Both the position numbers and the translations under genes were made by a program. Below the pieces are notes generated by a model. The model did no database searches. It saw nothing but the letters and a program-made list of their open reading frames with translations, and was not told the DNA's origin. From an uncultured Alphaproteobacteria bacterium (lineage in GTDB: Bacteria > Pseudomonadota > Alphaproteobacteria > GCA-2731375), in the NCBI GenBank assembly GCA_951812805.1, contig CATOSZ010000008.1, positions 136,137 through 200,136 of the forward strand: a stretch of DNA of 64,000 bases, given 5' to 3'. This document shows, piece after piece, positions 53,555-63,759 of the stretch; the stretch's first letter is position 1, and each line of letters starts with the position of its first letter.

Positions 53555-54506
53555 GCCCGAGGAGCCCCCAGGCATGGAGATAGAGCTTCAGCGCCCGGCG
53601 GACATCGCGCGACGTCGCGGCCTCGCGGCCATTGCCCATCCAGGCATCGTCGGAAACGACGCCCGCATAGCTGCGCGGCCCGTTGAGCGCCAGGCCGAGG
53701 GCGCCGGCCATCGCCGCCTCCGGCCAGCCGGCATTGGGCGATTGGTGACGGGGCGCGTCGCGCCGCATGGCCCGCCAGCCGGCCGCGCCCCGCTCCCACG
53801 ACGCGAGCCAGGCGGCGGCCGCCAGCAGGGCACCGCTCAACCGTGCGGGCGCCAGGTTCATGGCGTCGTCAAGCCGGGCCGCCGCCCAGCCGAAGTCCCG
53901 GTAGCGCGCGTTGCGGTGGCCGATCATGCTGTCCGCCGTGTTGACCGCCTTGTAGAGCAGCAATCCCGGCAGGCCGAACAGTGCGTACCAGAACCAGGGT
54001 GCGACCACGCCGTCGGAGAAGTTCTCGGCCAGAGATTCGATGGCACCGCGCGCGACGCCGGCCTCGTCCAGGGTGCGGGGATCGCGGCCGACCAGATGGA
54101 CGATCTCGCGCCGTCCGCCCTCCAGGCCTTGCGCCTCCAAGCCGTGTGCGACCCGTGCGACATGGTCGTAGAGCGAGCGGCCGGCGAGCAGCAGGGCGCA
54201 GACCACCGCTTCCAGCACCAGATCCAGCGGCGTGAGGGCAAAGAGCCAGGCCAGCAGGCCGCCGAGCGCGGCGTGGACGAGAACCAGCAGCGCCACGACG
54301 AGGATGCCGGCGCCCCGGCGTGCGCCGGCGGACCGCCGCTCGTCGTTGAAACGAACGTCGAGCCCGCCGATCAGCCGTCCGCACGCCACCACGGGATGGC
54401 CGATGCGCTTGTAGAGCCACGACGGCTCCCCCAGCAGGGCGTCGAGCAGCAGGGCGAGCGCCAATACGGCGAAGGGATCGATGGTGGTGTCGAACCAGGA
54501 GAACAT
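53520..54506 (-). CDS. cbiB: Adenosylcobinamide-phosphate synthase CbiB (CobD)
   Basis: [60 protein letters not shown]. Confidence 0.95.
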   Translation of the reverse strand: MFSWFDTTIDPFAVLALALLLDALLGEPSWLYKRIGHPVVACGRLIGGLDVRFNDERRSAGARRGAGILVVALLVLVHAALGGLLAWLFALTPLDLVLEAVVCALLLAGRSLYDHVARVAHGLEAQGLEGGRREIVHLVGRDPRTLDEAGVARGAIESLAENFSDGVVAPWFWYALFGLPGLLLYKAVNTADSMIGHRNARYRDFGWAAARLDDAMNLAPARLSGALLAAAAWLASWERGAAGWRAMRRDAPRHQSPNAGWPEAAMAGALGLALNGPRSYAGVVSDDAWMGNGREAATSRDVRRALKLYLHAWGLLGLMSLLALWLYR

Positions 54507-54577
54507 CGGCCGACATTGCGCCGGCCGGCCGGGACCGTCAACGCGGCCCGGAAACGAGAGAAAGAGGATATGCGGCG

Positions 54578-55615
54578 ATGCGTAAACTGGGGGTAATGGT
54601 CTGCGGTCACGGCAGCCGGGATGCGGATGCAATCCGCGAGTTCGAGGCGGTCGCCGCCGGCATCCGCGAACGGCTGCCGCAATACGACGTCGATTCGGGT
54701 TTTCTGGAGTTCGCGACGCCGGTGATCCGCGAGGGGTTGGACGCGCTTCGCGCGCGCGGCGTCGACGAGATCCTGGCGGTGCCGGGAATGCTGTTCGCGG
54801 CGGGCCATGCCAAGAACGATATCCCCTCGGTGCTGAACACCTACCAGGCACAGCACGACGACGTGAAAATCCGCTACGGCCGGGAACTCGGCATCGACCC
54901 GAAACTGCTGCGCGCGTCGGCCGACCGCATCCAGGCGGCGCTCGACGCGGCACCGGCGGGCGTGTCCGCGGCGGAGACCCTGCTGGTCGTGGTCGGCCGC
55001 GGCGCTTCCGACCCGGACGCCAACTCGAACGTCTCCAAGGTCACCCGCATGCTGTGGGAGGGCTTCGGCTTCGGCTGGGCGGAGACGGCCTATTCCGGCG
55101 TCACCTTTCCTTTGGTCGCCCCGGCCCTGGAGCATGCCGCCAAGCTCGGCTACCGCCGCATCGTCGTGCATCCCTATTTCCTCTTCACCGGCGTGTTGGT
55201 GAAGCGGATCTACGATCACACGGACCGCGTCGCCGCCGCCCATCCGGAGATCGAATTCATCAAGGCGCCCTATCTGAACGATCACCCGCTGATCCTCGAT
55301 GCCTTCGCCGAGCGGGTCACCGAAATCCTGGACGGCAGCAATGTGATGAACTGCCAGCTGTGCAAATACCGCGCCCAGGTCCTCGGCTTCGAGGCCGAGG
55401 TGGGGCTGGCCCAGGAAAGCCACCACCACCATGTCGAGGGCCTGCTGGCCCGCGACGACGGCGACGATGCCGGCCACGACCACCATCATCATGACCATGA
55501 CCATGACCATGATCACGACCATACGCACGGCCATGGCCACGATCATCACCATCACCCCTATCCGCATCGCGACCACCCGCTCGGGCCGACGACCCTGAAG
55601 GACCTGGAAGACTGA
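54578..55615 (+). CDS. cbiX: Long-form CbiX sirohydrochlorin-type chelatase with Cys motif and His-rich tail
   Basis: CGHGSRD, FLEFATP, AGHAKNDIP, GRGASDPDANS, PYFLFTG, MNCQLCKYR, poly-His/Asp at 55475-55555. Confidence 0.9.
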   Translation: MRKLGVMVCGHGSRDADAIREFEAVAAGIRERLPQYDVDSGFLEFATPVIREGLDALRARGVDEILAVPGMLFAAGHAKNDIPSVLNTYQAQHDDVKIRYGRELGIDPKLLRASADRIQAALDAAPAGVSAAETLLVVVGRGASDPDANSNVSKVTRMLWEGFGFGWAETAYSGVTFPLVAPALEHAAKLGYRRIVVHPYFLFTGVLVKRIYDHTDRVAAAHPEIEFIKAPYLNDHPLILDAFAERVTEILDGSNVMNCQLCKYRAQVLGFEAEVGLAQESHHHHVEGLLARDDGDDAGHDHHHHDHDHDHDHDHTHGHGHDHHHHPYPHRDHPLGPTTLKDLED

Positions 55616-55622
55616 ACCGGGC

Positions 55623-57182
55623 ATGACGATCTTCGACGCCTATCTCGTGGTCGACTGGAGCGCGGCGGCGGTGCCGACGCGGGGGGCGGACAGTATCTGG
55701 TACGCGCTCTATGAACGGACGTCGCGCGGCTTGCGGCGGCGGGCGCTCGCCAATCCGGCGACGCGGGAGGAGGCGCGCCGCGCGATCGCGGATCTGCTGG
55801 TCCGGCTGACCGCGCGGGGCCGGCGCACGCTCGCCGGCTTCGACTTTCCCAATGGCTATCCCGCCGGTTTCGCGGCTCGGGCGGGCTTCACCGGCCGGGC
55901 GCCCTGGCGGGCCGTGTGGGACGGGCTCGCCGGGCTGGTCGACGATGCGCCCGACAACGCCAACAACCGTTTCGAATTGGCGGCCGAGCTGAACGGGCGG
56001 ATCTCCGGCGCCGACTTCCCGTTCTGGGGCTGTCCGGCGGGGCGGGCGGGGCCGAAGCTCAATCCGCGCAAGGTCGACGCCTATGGGCGGGAAGGCCTGG
56101 CCGAGAAGCGCCTGGCGGAGGCCTGGGTGCCGCGGGCGCAGCCCTGCTGGAAGCTCGCCTATACCGGTTCCGTCGGCAGCCAGGCCCTGCTCGGCATTCC
56201 GGTGCAGCGGGCGCTGCGCGACGATCCCCGGCTCGCCGCGACGACCCGGGTCTGGCCGTTCGAGACCGGGCTGTGCCCGCCTGCGATGGCAGGCGATTGG
56301 CGGGTCGTGCTGGCCGAGGTCTATCCCTCTCTCGCGCCGCTGGCGCTCGGCCACGGGCCGGTGAAGGACGCCCGCCAGGTGACGGCGGCCTGCCGCCTGC
56401 TGGCCAGGCGCGACGAGGCCGGCGCGCTCGCCGTCGACCTCGCCGGCCCGCCGGAGCTGGACCGACGCCAACGCCGGGTGGTCGAGCGGGAGGAAGGCTG
56501 GCTACTCGGCGCCGGCACCTTCCCCGAGACCCGGCGGCGGGGAGGGGAGGCCTATATCACGGCGCCGGCGGTGATCTACGACCAGTCCTTCGCCCGGGTC
56601 CGTGCCGCCGCCGGCCTCGGCAGTTTCCCAGATGGTTTCGCGCTGGTCGCCGAGAGGATCGTGCACGCCTCGGCGATGCCGGAACTGGCGGCGCAGCTGG
56701 TCGCGAGCGACGGCCTGGTCGATGCCGCGCGCGACGCGCTGGCGGCTGGTGCGCCGATCCTGGTCGATTGCGAGATGCTCTCCCACGGCGTGATCCGGCG
56801 TGGCCTGCCCTGCGGCAACGACGTCGTCTGTACCCTGAACCGGCCCGGTGTCGCCCGGCGGGCGACGGCCGGCGCGACAACCCGTTCGGCCGCCCAGGTC
56901 CGCGACTGGGACGACAGCCTGGAAGGCGCCCTGGTGGCAATCGGCAACGCGCCGACGGCGCTGTTCGCTCTGCTGGAACGATTGCGCGCGGGCGGGCCGC
57001 GCCCGGCGGCGATCCTCGGCCTGCCGGTCGGCTTCGTCGGTGCGGCGGAATCGAAGGCCGCCCTGATGGCGGAGGCGCATGGCGTGCCGTACCTCACGCT
57101 CCCCGGGCGGCTCGGCGGCAGCGCCATGGCGGCGGCGGCCATCAACGCGCTTGCTGGCCTGGCGCGGGAGGCGACGGCATGA
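55623..57182 (+). CDS. cobH: Fusion of a DUF429-like (RNase H-like predicted nuclease) domain and precorrin-8X methylmutase
   Basis: N-terminal ~305 aa has VVDWSA, GFDFPNGYP, KRLAE, WPFETG, LAEVYPS, KDARQV; C-terminal part has YI..PAVIY..SF, RIVHA, TTRSAAQV, AIGNAPTAL, PVGFVGAAESK, GGSAMAAAA.NAL. Confidence 0.85.
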   Translation: MTIFDAYLVVDWSAAAVPTRGADSIWYALYERTSRGLRRRALANPATREEARRAIADLLVRLTARGRRTLAGFDFPNGYPAGFAARAGFTGRAPWRAVWDGLAGLVDDAPDNANNRFELAAELNGRISGADFPFWGCPAGRAGPKLNPRKVDAYGREGLAEKRLAEAWVPRAQPCWKLAYTGSVGSQALLGIPVQRALRDDPRLAATTRVWPFETGLCPPAMAGDWRVVLAEVYPSLAPLALGHGPVKDARQVTAACRLLARRDEAGALAVDLAGPPELDRRQRRVVEREEGWLLGAGTFPETRRRGGEAYITAPAVIYDQSFARVRAAAGLGSFPDGFALVAERIVHASAMPELAAQLVASDGLVDAARDALAAGAPILVDCEMLSHGVIRRGLPCGNDVVCTLNRPGVARRATAGATTRSAAQVRDWDDSLEGALVAIGNAPTALFALLERLRAGGPRPAAILGLPVGFVGAAESKAALMAEAHGVPYLTLPGRLGGSAMAAAAINALAGLAREATA

Positions 57183-58384
57183 CGGCCTGGCTGAGCGTCG
57201 TCGGCATCGGCGAGGACGGCCTCGACGGTCTCGGCGCCGAGGCGCGCGCGCTGATCGACGGGGCCGAGGTGCTGGTGGGCGGTGAGCGCCATCACGCCTT
57301 GCTGCCGGACCACAAGGCGGAGCGGCTCGGCTGGCAGTTCCCGCTCGGCCCCCTGATCGCCGAGCTGCGCGCGCGGCGCGGCCGGCGCGTCGTCGTTCTG
57401 GCGACCGGCGATCCCTTCTGTTTCGGCATCGCCTCGACCCTGGTCCGTCATCTGGACATCGCGGAGATGCGGGTGCTGCCGGCGCCGTCGGCCTTCGCGC
57501 TCGCCCGGGCCCGGCTCGGCTGGCCGTCCCATACGACAGAGGAGGTGACGCTGCACGGCCGGCCGTTGGAAAGCCTGCCGGCCCGTCTCGCGCCGGGCCA
57601 ACGGCTGCTGGCCCTGAGCAACGACGGCACGACGCCGGCCGCGGTCGCCGCCCTGTTGGTCGAACGCGGCTACGGCCCCTCGCGCATGGTGGTGTTGGAA
57701 CACATGGGCGGACCGGCGGAACGACGCATCGACGCGACGGCCGAGAGCTGGCACCCGGGCGAGACGGCGGCATTCAATACCATCGCCCTCGAATGCCGCC
57801 CGGCACCCGGCACGGTTCCGTTGCCCTCGGTGCCCGGCCTGCCGGACGCCGCCTTCGAACACGACGGCCAGATCACCAAGCGGGAGGTGCGCGCCGCGAC
57901 GCTCGCCGCCCTGGTGCCCCTGCTGGGCCAGCGCCTGGTCGATATCGGCGCCGGTTCCGGCGCCATCGCCATCGAATGGCTGCGGGCGGCCCGGAACGTC
58001 AGTGCCGTGGCGATCGAGCGGGACCCGGCGCGGGCCGAGCGGATCGCCCGGAATGCCCGCACGCTCGGCACGCCCGGCCTGGAAATCGTCACTGGCGAGG
58101 CGCCGGCGGCCCTGGCCGGCCTGGGGCCGGCGGATGCGGTCTTCATCGGCGGTGGCCTCGGCGCGCCGGACATGCTACCCGCCGCGCTCGCCCTGCTCGC
58201 CCCCGGCGGGCGCCTGGTCGCCAATGCGGTGACCGTCGCCGGCGAGGCCGCCCTGCTGAAGGCGCATTCGACGCACGGCGGTGCGCTGGCCCGTCTGGCG
58301 GTCAGCCGGGCCGAACCCGTCGGCGGTGTCGTCGCCTGGCGCGCGCTCGCCCCGGTGACGCAATGGAGTTTCACGAAACGATGA
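57179..58384 (+). CDS. cobL: Precorrin-6Y C5,15-methyltransferase (decarboxylating), CbiE-CbiT type
   Basis: WLSVVGIGEDG, LATGDPF, PGLPDAAFEHDGQITKREVR, DIGAGSG, AVFIGGG, RLVANAVT. Confidence 0.95.
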   Translation: MTAWLSVVGIGEDGLDGLGAEARALIDGAEVLVGGERHHALLPDHKAERLGWQFPLGPLIAELRARRGRRVVVLATGDPFCFGIASTLVRHLDIAEMRVLPAPSAFALARARLGWPSHTTEEVTLHGRPLESLPARLAPGQRLLALSNDGTTPAAVAALLVERGYGPSRMVVLEHMGGPAERRIDATAESWHPGETAAFNTIALECRPAPGTVPLPSVPGLPDAAFEHDGQITKREVRAATLAALVPLLGQRLVDIGAGSGAIAIEWLRAARNVSAVAIERDPARAERIARNARTLGTPGLEIVTGEAPAALAGLGPADAVFIGGGLGAPDMLPAALALLAPGGRLVANAVTVAGEAALLKAHSTHGGALARLAVSRAEPVGGVVAWRALAPVTQWSFTKR

Positions 58385-59082
58385 GCGGACGCGTGCATGG
58401 TATCGGCGTCGGCCCCGGCGATCCGGAGCTGTTGACCCTGAAGGCGTTGCGCCTGCTGCGCGAGGCCGCGGTCGTCGCCTACCCGGCGACGGAAGACGGG
58501 GAGAGTCTGGCCCGGGAGATCGTCGCGCCGCATCTGCCGGGCGGCCAGCGTGAAATTCCGATCCCCATTCCGATCCAGGGCGGCCCGTTCCCCGACGAAG
58601 GTGTCTATGACCGCGCGGCGGAACAGGTCCTGGCCGCCGTGGCGGAGGGCGCCGCTGTCGTGGTGCTGTGCGAGGGGGATCCGTTCTTCTACGGCTCCTT
58701 TCTCTATCTCTATGCCCGCTTGGCGGACCGTTGCGAGGTGGCGGTGGTGCCCGGCGTCTCCTCCCTGATGGCCTGCGCGGCGGTGCTGGGCGCGCCGCTC
58801 GCCGCGCGCAACGACGCGCTTTCGGTGCTGCCAGCGACCCTGGACGAAACGGTGCTGCGCCGCCGGATCGAGGCGGCGGACGCGGTCGCCCTGATCAAGG
58901 TCGGTCGCCATCTCGCCAAGGTACGCGGCGTTCTGGAGGACCTCGGCCTGGCTGAGGGCGCCCTCTATATCGAGCGCGCCACCATGACGACGGAGCGGGT
59001 GCTGCCCCTCGACCAGGCGCCAGCGCCCGCACCCTATTTCTCGATGGTGCTGGTGCACCGGCGGGGCGAGGCCTGGCGATGA
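58381..59082 (+). CDS. cobI: Precorrin-2 C20-methyltransferase
   Basis: GIGVGPGDPELLTLKA, LCEGDPFFYGSF, VPGVSS, IKVGRH, PYFSM. Confidence 0.95.
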   Translation: MSGRVHGIGVGPGDPELLTLKALRLLREAAVVAYPATEDGESLAREIVAPHLPGGQREIPIPIPIQGGPFPDEGVYDRAAEQVLAAVAEGAAVVVLCEGDPFFYGSFLYLYARLADRCEVAVVPGVSSLMACAAVLGAPLAARNDALSVLPATLDETVLRRRIEAADAVALIKVGRHLAKVRGVLEDLGLAEGALYIERATMTTERVLPLDQAPAPAPYFSMVLVHRRGEAWR

Positions 59083-60887
59083 GCGGGCACCCCGCCTATG
59101 TCGCACTCACCGGCCAGGGAGCGGAGACCGCCCGCCGGATCATGGCCGGCCTCGGCGGCGGTGAGCTGCACGGCCTCGCGCACCGGGTTACGAATCGCGA
59201 CGTGGCCTTCACCGAGACGATCCCGCACCTCCAGGCCCTGTTCCGGGCCGGCCGGCCCATCGTCGGCCTTTGCGCCGCCGGGATCCTGATCCGCGCGCTC
59301 GGCCCCCTGCTCGCCGAGAAGCGGGAAGAGCCCGCGGTCCTCGCCGTCGCGGAAGACGGCACGGCGGTGGTGCCGTTGCTCGGCGGACACCACGGCGCCA
59401 ACGACCTCGCGCGGGAGATCGCAGGTGTGCTGGACGGCAGCGCCGCGATCACCACGGCGGGCGATGTCCGTCTGGATCTCGCGCTCGATGCGCCGCCCGC
59501 CGGCTGGCGGCTCGCCGATCCGGCACCGGCCAAGGCGGTGATGGCGGCCCTGCTGGCGGGCGAGAACGTGGCCCTGCATGTCGAGGCGGGCGATCCCGCC
59601 TGGCTGACGGCCGGCGGTGCGTCGTTTTCCGAGACCGGGACCCCCTCGATCCGCCTGACCGATTCCACAGCTCCGGCACCGGCAAACGAGTTGGTGTTTC
59701 ATCCGGCGACCCTGGCGCTCGGCGTCGGGACGGAACGGGGTGCGGCGCCGGCGGCGCTCTCGGCCCTGGTGCGGGAGACGTTGGCGGCGGCTGGCCTCAG
59801 CCCCGCCTCGATCGCCTGTGTCGTCTCCCTCGACCTGAAGGCGGGGGAAGCGGCGGTGCTCGACCTCGCCGAAGAGCTCGGGGTCGAGGCCCGGTTCTTC
59901 GACGCGACCCGGCTGGAGGCGGAGCGGCCGCGCCTCGCCAATCCCTCCGACCTGGTCTTCCAGGCGGTCGGCTGTCATGGCGTCGCCGAGGGCGCGGCGC
60001 TGGCGGCGGCCGGGCCGGCGGGAAACCTGATCGTCGAGAAGCGGCGGGGCGAGCGGGTGACCTGCGCCGTCGCCCGCGCGCCGGACGTCATCGAGGCCAC
60101 AGGCGTCGGTCGCGCGCGCGGCCGGCTCGCCATCGTCGGGATCGGGCCCGGGTCCGACGCATGGCGCACGGGCGAGGCCGGCGGCTGGCTCGCCCGGGCC
60201 GAGGACGTCGTCGGCTACGGCCTCTATCTCGATCTCGTCGCCGGGCGGATCGCCGGCGCCCGGCGGCACGACTTTCCAATCGGTGCGGAGCGGGAACGGG
60301 TGGATCATGCCCTCGACCTCGCCGTCGCCGGGCGCGACGTGGCGCTCGTCTCGTCCGGCGACGCCGGGATCTACGCCATGGCGGCCCTGGTGTTCGAACG
60401 GATCGAGCAGGGTGACAATGCGGCCTGGCGGCGGATCGCTATCGAGGCGACGCCGGGGATCTCGGCGTTGCAGGGCGCGGCGGCGCGGATCGGCGCGCCG
60501 CTGGGACACGATTTCTGCGCCATTTCGCTCTCCGACCTGCTGACGCCCTGGCCGGTCATCGCCGCGCGGCTCGAGGCGGCGGCACGGGCCGATTTCGTGG
60601 TGGCGCTCTACAATCCGGCTTCGCGCGCCCGGCGCCGCGGGCTGGTGGAGGCCCTGGCGGTCCTGCGCGCGCACCGCCCGGCCGGCACGCCGGTGGTCGT
60701 CGCCCGCAACCTCGGCCGCGAGGGCGAGCGGGTCGAGGCGGTCCGGCTCGACAGTCTGGAAGCCGACCGGGTCGACATGCTCACCCTGCTGATCATCGGC
60801 AACCGGGAGACTCGACACATGCGGACCGAGGACGGGCGCGGCTGGGTCTATACACCGCGCGGCTACGGCGGGAAGGGCGGGGCATGA
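59079..60887 (+). CDS. cobJ: CbiG-domain / precorrin-3B C17-methyltransferase fusion
   Basis: CbiG part [27 protein letters not shown]; CobJ/CbiH part [47 protein letters not shown]. Confidence 0.93.
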   Translation: MSGHPAYVALTGQGAETARRIMAGLGGGELHGLAHRVTNRDVAFTETIPHLQALFRAGRPIVGLCAAGILIRALGPLLAEKREEPAVLAVAEDGTAVVPLLGGHHGANDLAREIAGVLDGSAAITTAGDVRLDLALDAPPAGWRLADPAPAKAVMAALLAGENVALHVEAGDPAWLTAGGASFSETGTPSIRLTDSTAPAPANELVFHPATLALGVGTERGAAPAALSALVRETLAAAGLSPASIACVVSLDLKAGEAAVLDLAEELGVEARFFDATRLEAERPRLANPSDLVFQAVGCHGVAEGAALAAAGPAGNLIVEKRRGERVTCAVARAPDVIEATGVGRARGRLAIVGIGPGSDAWRTGEAGGWLARAEDVVGYGLYLDLVAGRIAGARRHDFPIGAERERVDHALDLAVAGRDVALVSSGDAGIYAMAALVFERIEQGDNAAWRRIAIEATPGISALQGAAARIGAPLGHDFCAISLSDLLTPWPVIAARLEAAARADFVVALYNPASRARRRGLVEALAVLRAHRPAGTPVVVARNLGREGERVEAVRLDSLEADRVDMLTLLIIGNRETRHMRTEDGRGWVYTPRGYGGKGGA

Positions 60888-61651
60888 CGGTACATTTCAT
60901 CGGCGCGGGCCCGGGGGCCGCGGACCTCATCACCGTGCGCGGGCGCGACCTGATCGCCGCGGCGCCCGTGGTGCTTTATGCCGGCTCCCTCGTCGCGCCG
61001 GCGATGCTGCAATGGGCCGGGGCGGAGGCCCTGGTCGTCGACACGGCACCGCTGAACTTGGACGAAATCATCGAGGAAATGGTCCGGGCCGACGCGGCCG
61101 GCCTGGATGTCGCCCGGGTGCATTCGGGCGACCCCTCGCTCTATGGCGCGATCCAGGAGCAGATGCGCCGCCTGGATGCGCTGGCGATCGATTACGACAT
61201 CACGCCGGGCGTGCCGGCCTTCGCCGCCGCCGCCGCGACGCTGAAGCGCGAGCTGACGTTACCCGGCATCGGCCAGTCCGTCGTGCTCACCCGCACGGCG
61301 ATGAAATCCTCCGCCATGCCGGAGGGCGAGACCCTCGCCGCCTTCGCCGCCACCGGTGCGACCCTGGCGATCCATCTCTCGATCCGCAATCTCGCCCATG
61401 TCACGCGCGAGCTCGAGCCCCATTACGGGGCCGATTGCCCCGCCATCATCGTCTACCGGGCGAGCTGGCCGGACGAACAGGTCATCCACGCGACGCTCGC
61501 CAGCCTGCGCGAGGCCGCCCGTGCCGCCAAGATCACCCGAACCGCCCTGGTCCTGGTCGGCCCGGTCCTGGCCGATGAAAGCTATGCCGACAGCCGTCTC
61601 TACGCCCCCGACCACCGCCACCTGCTGCGCCACGGCCGTCCCGGTGGCTAG
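60884..61651 (+). CDS. cobM: Precorrin-4 C11-methyltransferase
   Basis: [46 protein letters not shown]. Confidence 0.96.
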   Translation: MTVHFIGAGPGAADLITVRGRDLIAAAPVVLYAGSLVAPAMLQWAGAEALVVDTAPLNLDEIIEEMVRADAAGLDVARVHSGDPSLYGAIQEQMRRLDALAIDYDITPGVPAFAAAAATLKRELTLPGIGQSVVLTRTAMKSSAMPEGETLAAFAATGATLAIHLSIRNLAHVTRELEPHYGADCPAIIVYRASWPDEQVIHATLASLREAARAAKITRTALVLVGPVLADESYADSRLYAPDHRHLLRHGRPGG

Positions 61652-61700
61652 GCGAGGGGGTGCGGGTTAAGCTTGCCGTGAGCCGAACAGGGAGGACGAG

Positions 61701-62468
61701 ATGGCCGATCTCGACGCGCGCCGCCAGGCGATCAAGGATGCCTTTATCGAGAACCGGGGCTATTGGGCCGAGATCTGGGAGCAGATGCTGCGCCTGAACC
61801 CGGACTATTTCGAGGCCTATGCCGAGCTGTCTTCCGTGCCCTGGAAGCACGGCGTGCTGGCGCCCAAGGTCAAGGAGTTCATGTATATCGCGGCCGATGC
61901 CTCGACCACCCACCTCTACAACCAGGGCACCCGCATCCATATCCAGAATGCGCTCCGTCACGGGGCCACGGAAGAAGAGATCTTCGAAGTGCTGGCGATG
62001 ACCTCCATCCTCGGCATGCACAGCTGCACCGTGGGCGTGCCGATCCTGTTGGAGGAGCTGGAGGCCGCCGGCAAGCTGGAGATGCCCGAACTCGATGCCC
62101 GGCGCCGGGAAATCAAAGAGGAGTTCATCCGGGTGCGCGGCTACTGGCATCCCTTCCACGACGGCCTGCTGTCGACCAGCCCCGAATTCTTCGAGGCTTA
62201 TCTGAACTTCTCCGGCGTTCCCTGGCGCACCGGCACGCTGGAGCCCAAGGTCCGCGAGTTCGTCTATATCGCCATCGATGCGGCGACGACGCACCTCTAC
62301 GAGCCGGGCCTGCGCCTGCACTTCCGCAATGCGATCGGCCATGGCGCGACCCAGGCCGAGTTGCTGGAGGTGCTGCAACTGCTGTCCGCGATCGGCGTCC
62401 ACACGATGACGGAGAGCGTTCCAATCCTGGTCAAGGAAGCGGCCCGGGCGCGGGAGGCGGCGGAATAG
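61701..62468 (+). CDS. Carboxymuconolactone decarboxylase (CMD/AhpD-like) protein with tandem domain duplication
   Basis: Two homologous halves: RGYW...FEAY...VPW..G.L.PKV.EF.YIA.DA.TTHLY..G.R.H..NA..HGAT. Confidence 0.88.
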   Translation: MADLDARRQAIKDAFIENRGYWAEIWEQMLRLNPDYFEAYAELSSVPWKHGVLAPKVKEFMYIAADASTTHLYNQGTRIHIQNALRHGATEEEIFEVLAMTSILGMHSCTVGVPILLEELEAAGKLEMPELDARRREIKEEFIRVRGYWHPFHDGLLSTSPEFFEAYLNFSGVPWRTGTLEPKVREFVYIAIDAATTHLYEPGLRLHFRNAIGHGATQAELLEVLQLLSAIGVHTMTESVPILVKEAARAREAAE

Positions 62469-62491
62469 CCCGATCCAACCCGGGTCGGGCG

Positions 62492-63576
62492 CTAACGTTT
62501 GAAGATCCCTTCGAGGGTCTTGCCGATCCCCTTCACCGTATCTTCGACGGTGCCGCGGGCCCGGTCGACGGTGCCGCCGCCCTGGCTGTCGGCCGGCGGG
62601 GCGACGCCGTCCTTGGCCTGTTCGATGGCCGCCAGGCAGGGGTTTTCCGCGTCCCCCGTATCGCCGCCGACCAGGACCGCCGCGATTCCGGCCGGGCCGA
62701 ACAGTGCCGCGCCGCCGATCGCCTTGCCGAGCGCGATACCGCCCTTCACCGCATCGATGCCGAGCTTGGGGTTGGCGAGCGTGCCGGAAAGCCGGAACGG
62801 TTTCGCCAACTCGCCGAGGCTGAGCGTGACGCGACCAACGCCGTCGGCACCGGCGCCGCTCTTCGGTGTCGGCTCGATGCCGATATCGAGGCGTTCGTTG
62901 CGCAGGTTCACCTTGCCCTCGCCCACCACGGTGGTGCGATCGGTGTCGAGCACCAGGTCGGTGACCGTGGCTATCCCCTGCTTGATGCGGAAGCGGCTGA
63001 CGGCGCAGTTCACGTTGGTGTAGGGCCCGTCGCCCCCGCCGCCGAGGATCGGCAAGGCGTCGAGGGCGAGATCGCCGCCGACCACCTCGACCAGCTTGTT
63101 GTCGATCCGGCCGCGCCCGGTGATCAGCTCCGTTCGCCCGTTCGCCCGCGCCATGATTTGGGCAATGGAAGCACCGCGACCGCGCAGGCGCACGTCGACG
63201 TCCAGCTTGCCCCGCACCTCGTCGCTGATGTCGAGTTCGCTCAACAACGCGTGCAGGTCGACTTGGCTGGCCTCGACATTCACCGTCAGCAGGCCTTCCC
63301 CCTTCGCCTTCGGCGCCAGTCGGATCAGCCCCTTGGCGGGGCCGTCGCCGACGAGCGCCTGCAGCGGCTGGATCCTGAGATCGCCGCCGGCCAGTGCCAG
63401 GCGGGCGACCAGGTCGCGGAACGGCAGGCGGCGCAGCAGGAGTTGCCCCGCCTCGATCTCGACCACGGCATCGAGGCTCTTGAGCGTGTCCCACGGCAAT
63501 CGCTCGGCGGGAAAGACCCGCTTGGCTTTCGGTCCCTTCTTTCTGCCCTGGGACTTGCCTCCCGTTGCCGGCAGCA
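62492..63576 (-). pseudogene. AsmA-family protein, C-terminal part; 5' portion cut off by an IS21-family end
   Basis: RVFPAERLPW, SIAQIMARANG, VNCAVSRF, GEGKVNLRNERLD, FRLSGTLANP; ORF begins exactly at the TG of the repeat-bearing IS end (63577). Confidence 0.75.
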
Positions 63577-63759
63577 TGCGCGTTTCGGAAAGTCCCGGAC
63601 ACCGATTACGGAAAGTCCTGGCCAGAGATTTCAGTAAGTCGCGGCCAGTGATTCCGGAAAGTCCCGGACAGCATCACGGGGCGATCTGAGTTCAGCTTTC
63701 GGGTGCGCCGTCTCGGCGTCTACCTCTTGGCTTTTGCCGGGAGGGGACATGCCCAGACG
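63577..63759 (+). mobile_element. Left end of a second, different IS21-family element (4 x 23-bp repeats plus start of istA)
   Basis: TGCGCG, then TTTCGGAAAGTCCCGGACA-type units at 63583, 63606, 63629 and 63652; GGAGGGGAC ATG CCC AGA CG, cut by IS21 copy 2. Confidence 0.65.

Noticed and set aside
55916-57178. 822-aa extended CobL (and similarly extended trpF, trpA, cobW, cobO and cbiB ORFs in the track)
   Set aside because: The extensions overlap upstream genes in another frame and are low-complexity; the real starts are at the coupled ATGA/GTGA overlaps or the internal ATG.
63583-63674. 23-bp periodic repeats as a CRISPR array or plasmid iterons
   Set aside because: Units are head-to-tail with no unique spacers, and no cas or rep gene is nearby; the position after a terminal TG and before an SD-ATG fits an IS21-type end.
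36783-63759. Swapped target duplications proving an inversion between the IS21 copies
   Set aside because: The left flank of copy 1 (CGGTCTGGTT) and the reverse-complemented flank of copy 2 (CGTCTGGGCA) share GTCTGG but are out of register, so this is not a true duplication. Copy 2's flank is better explained as another element's istA start.
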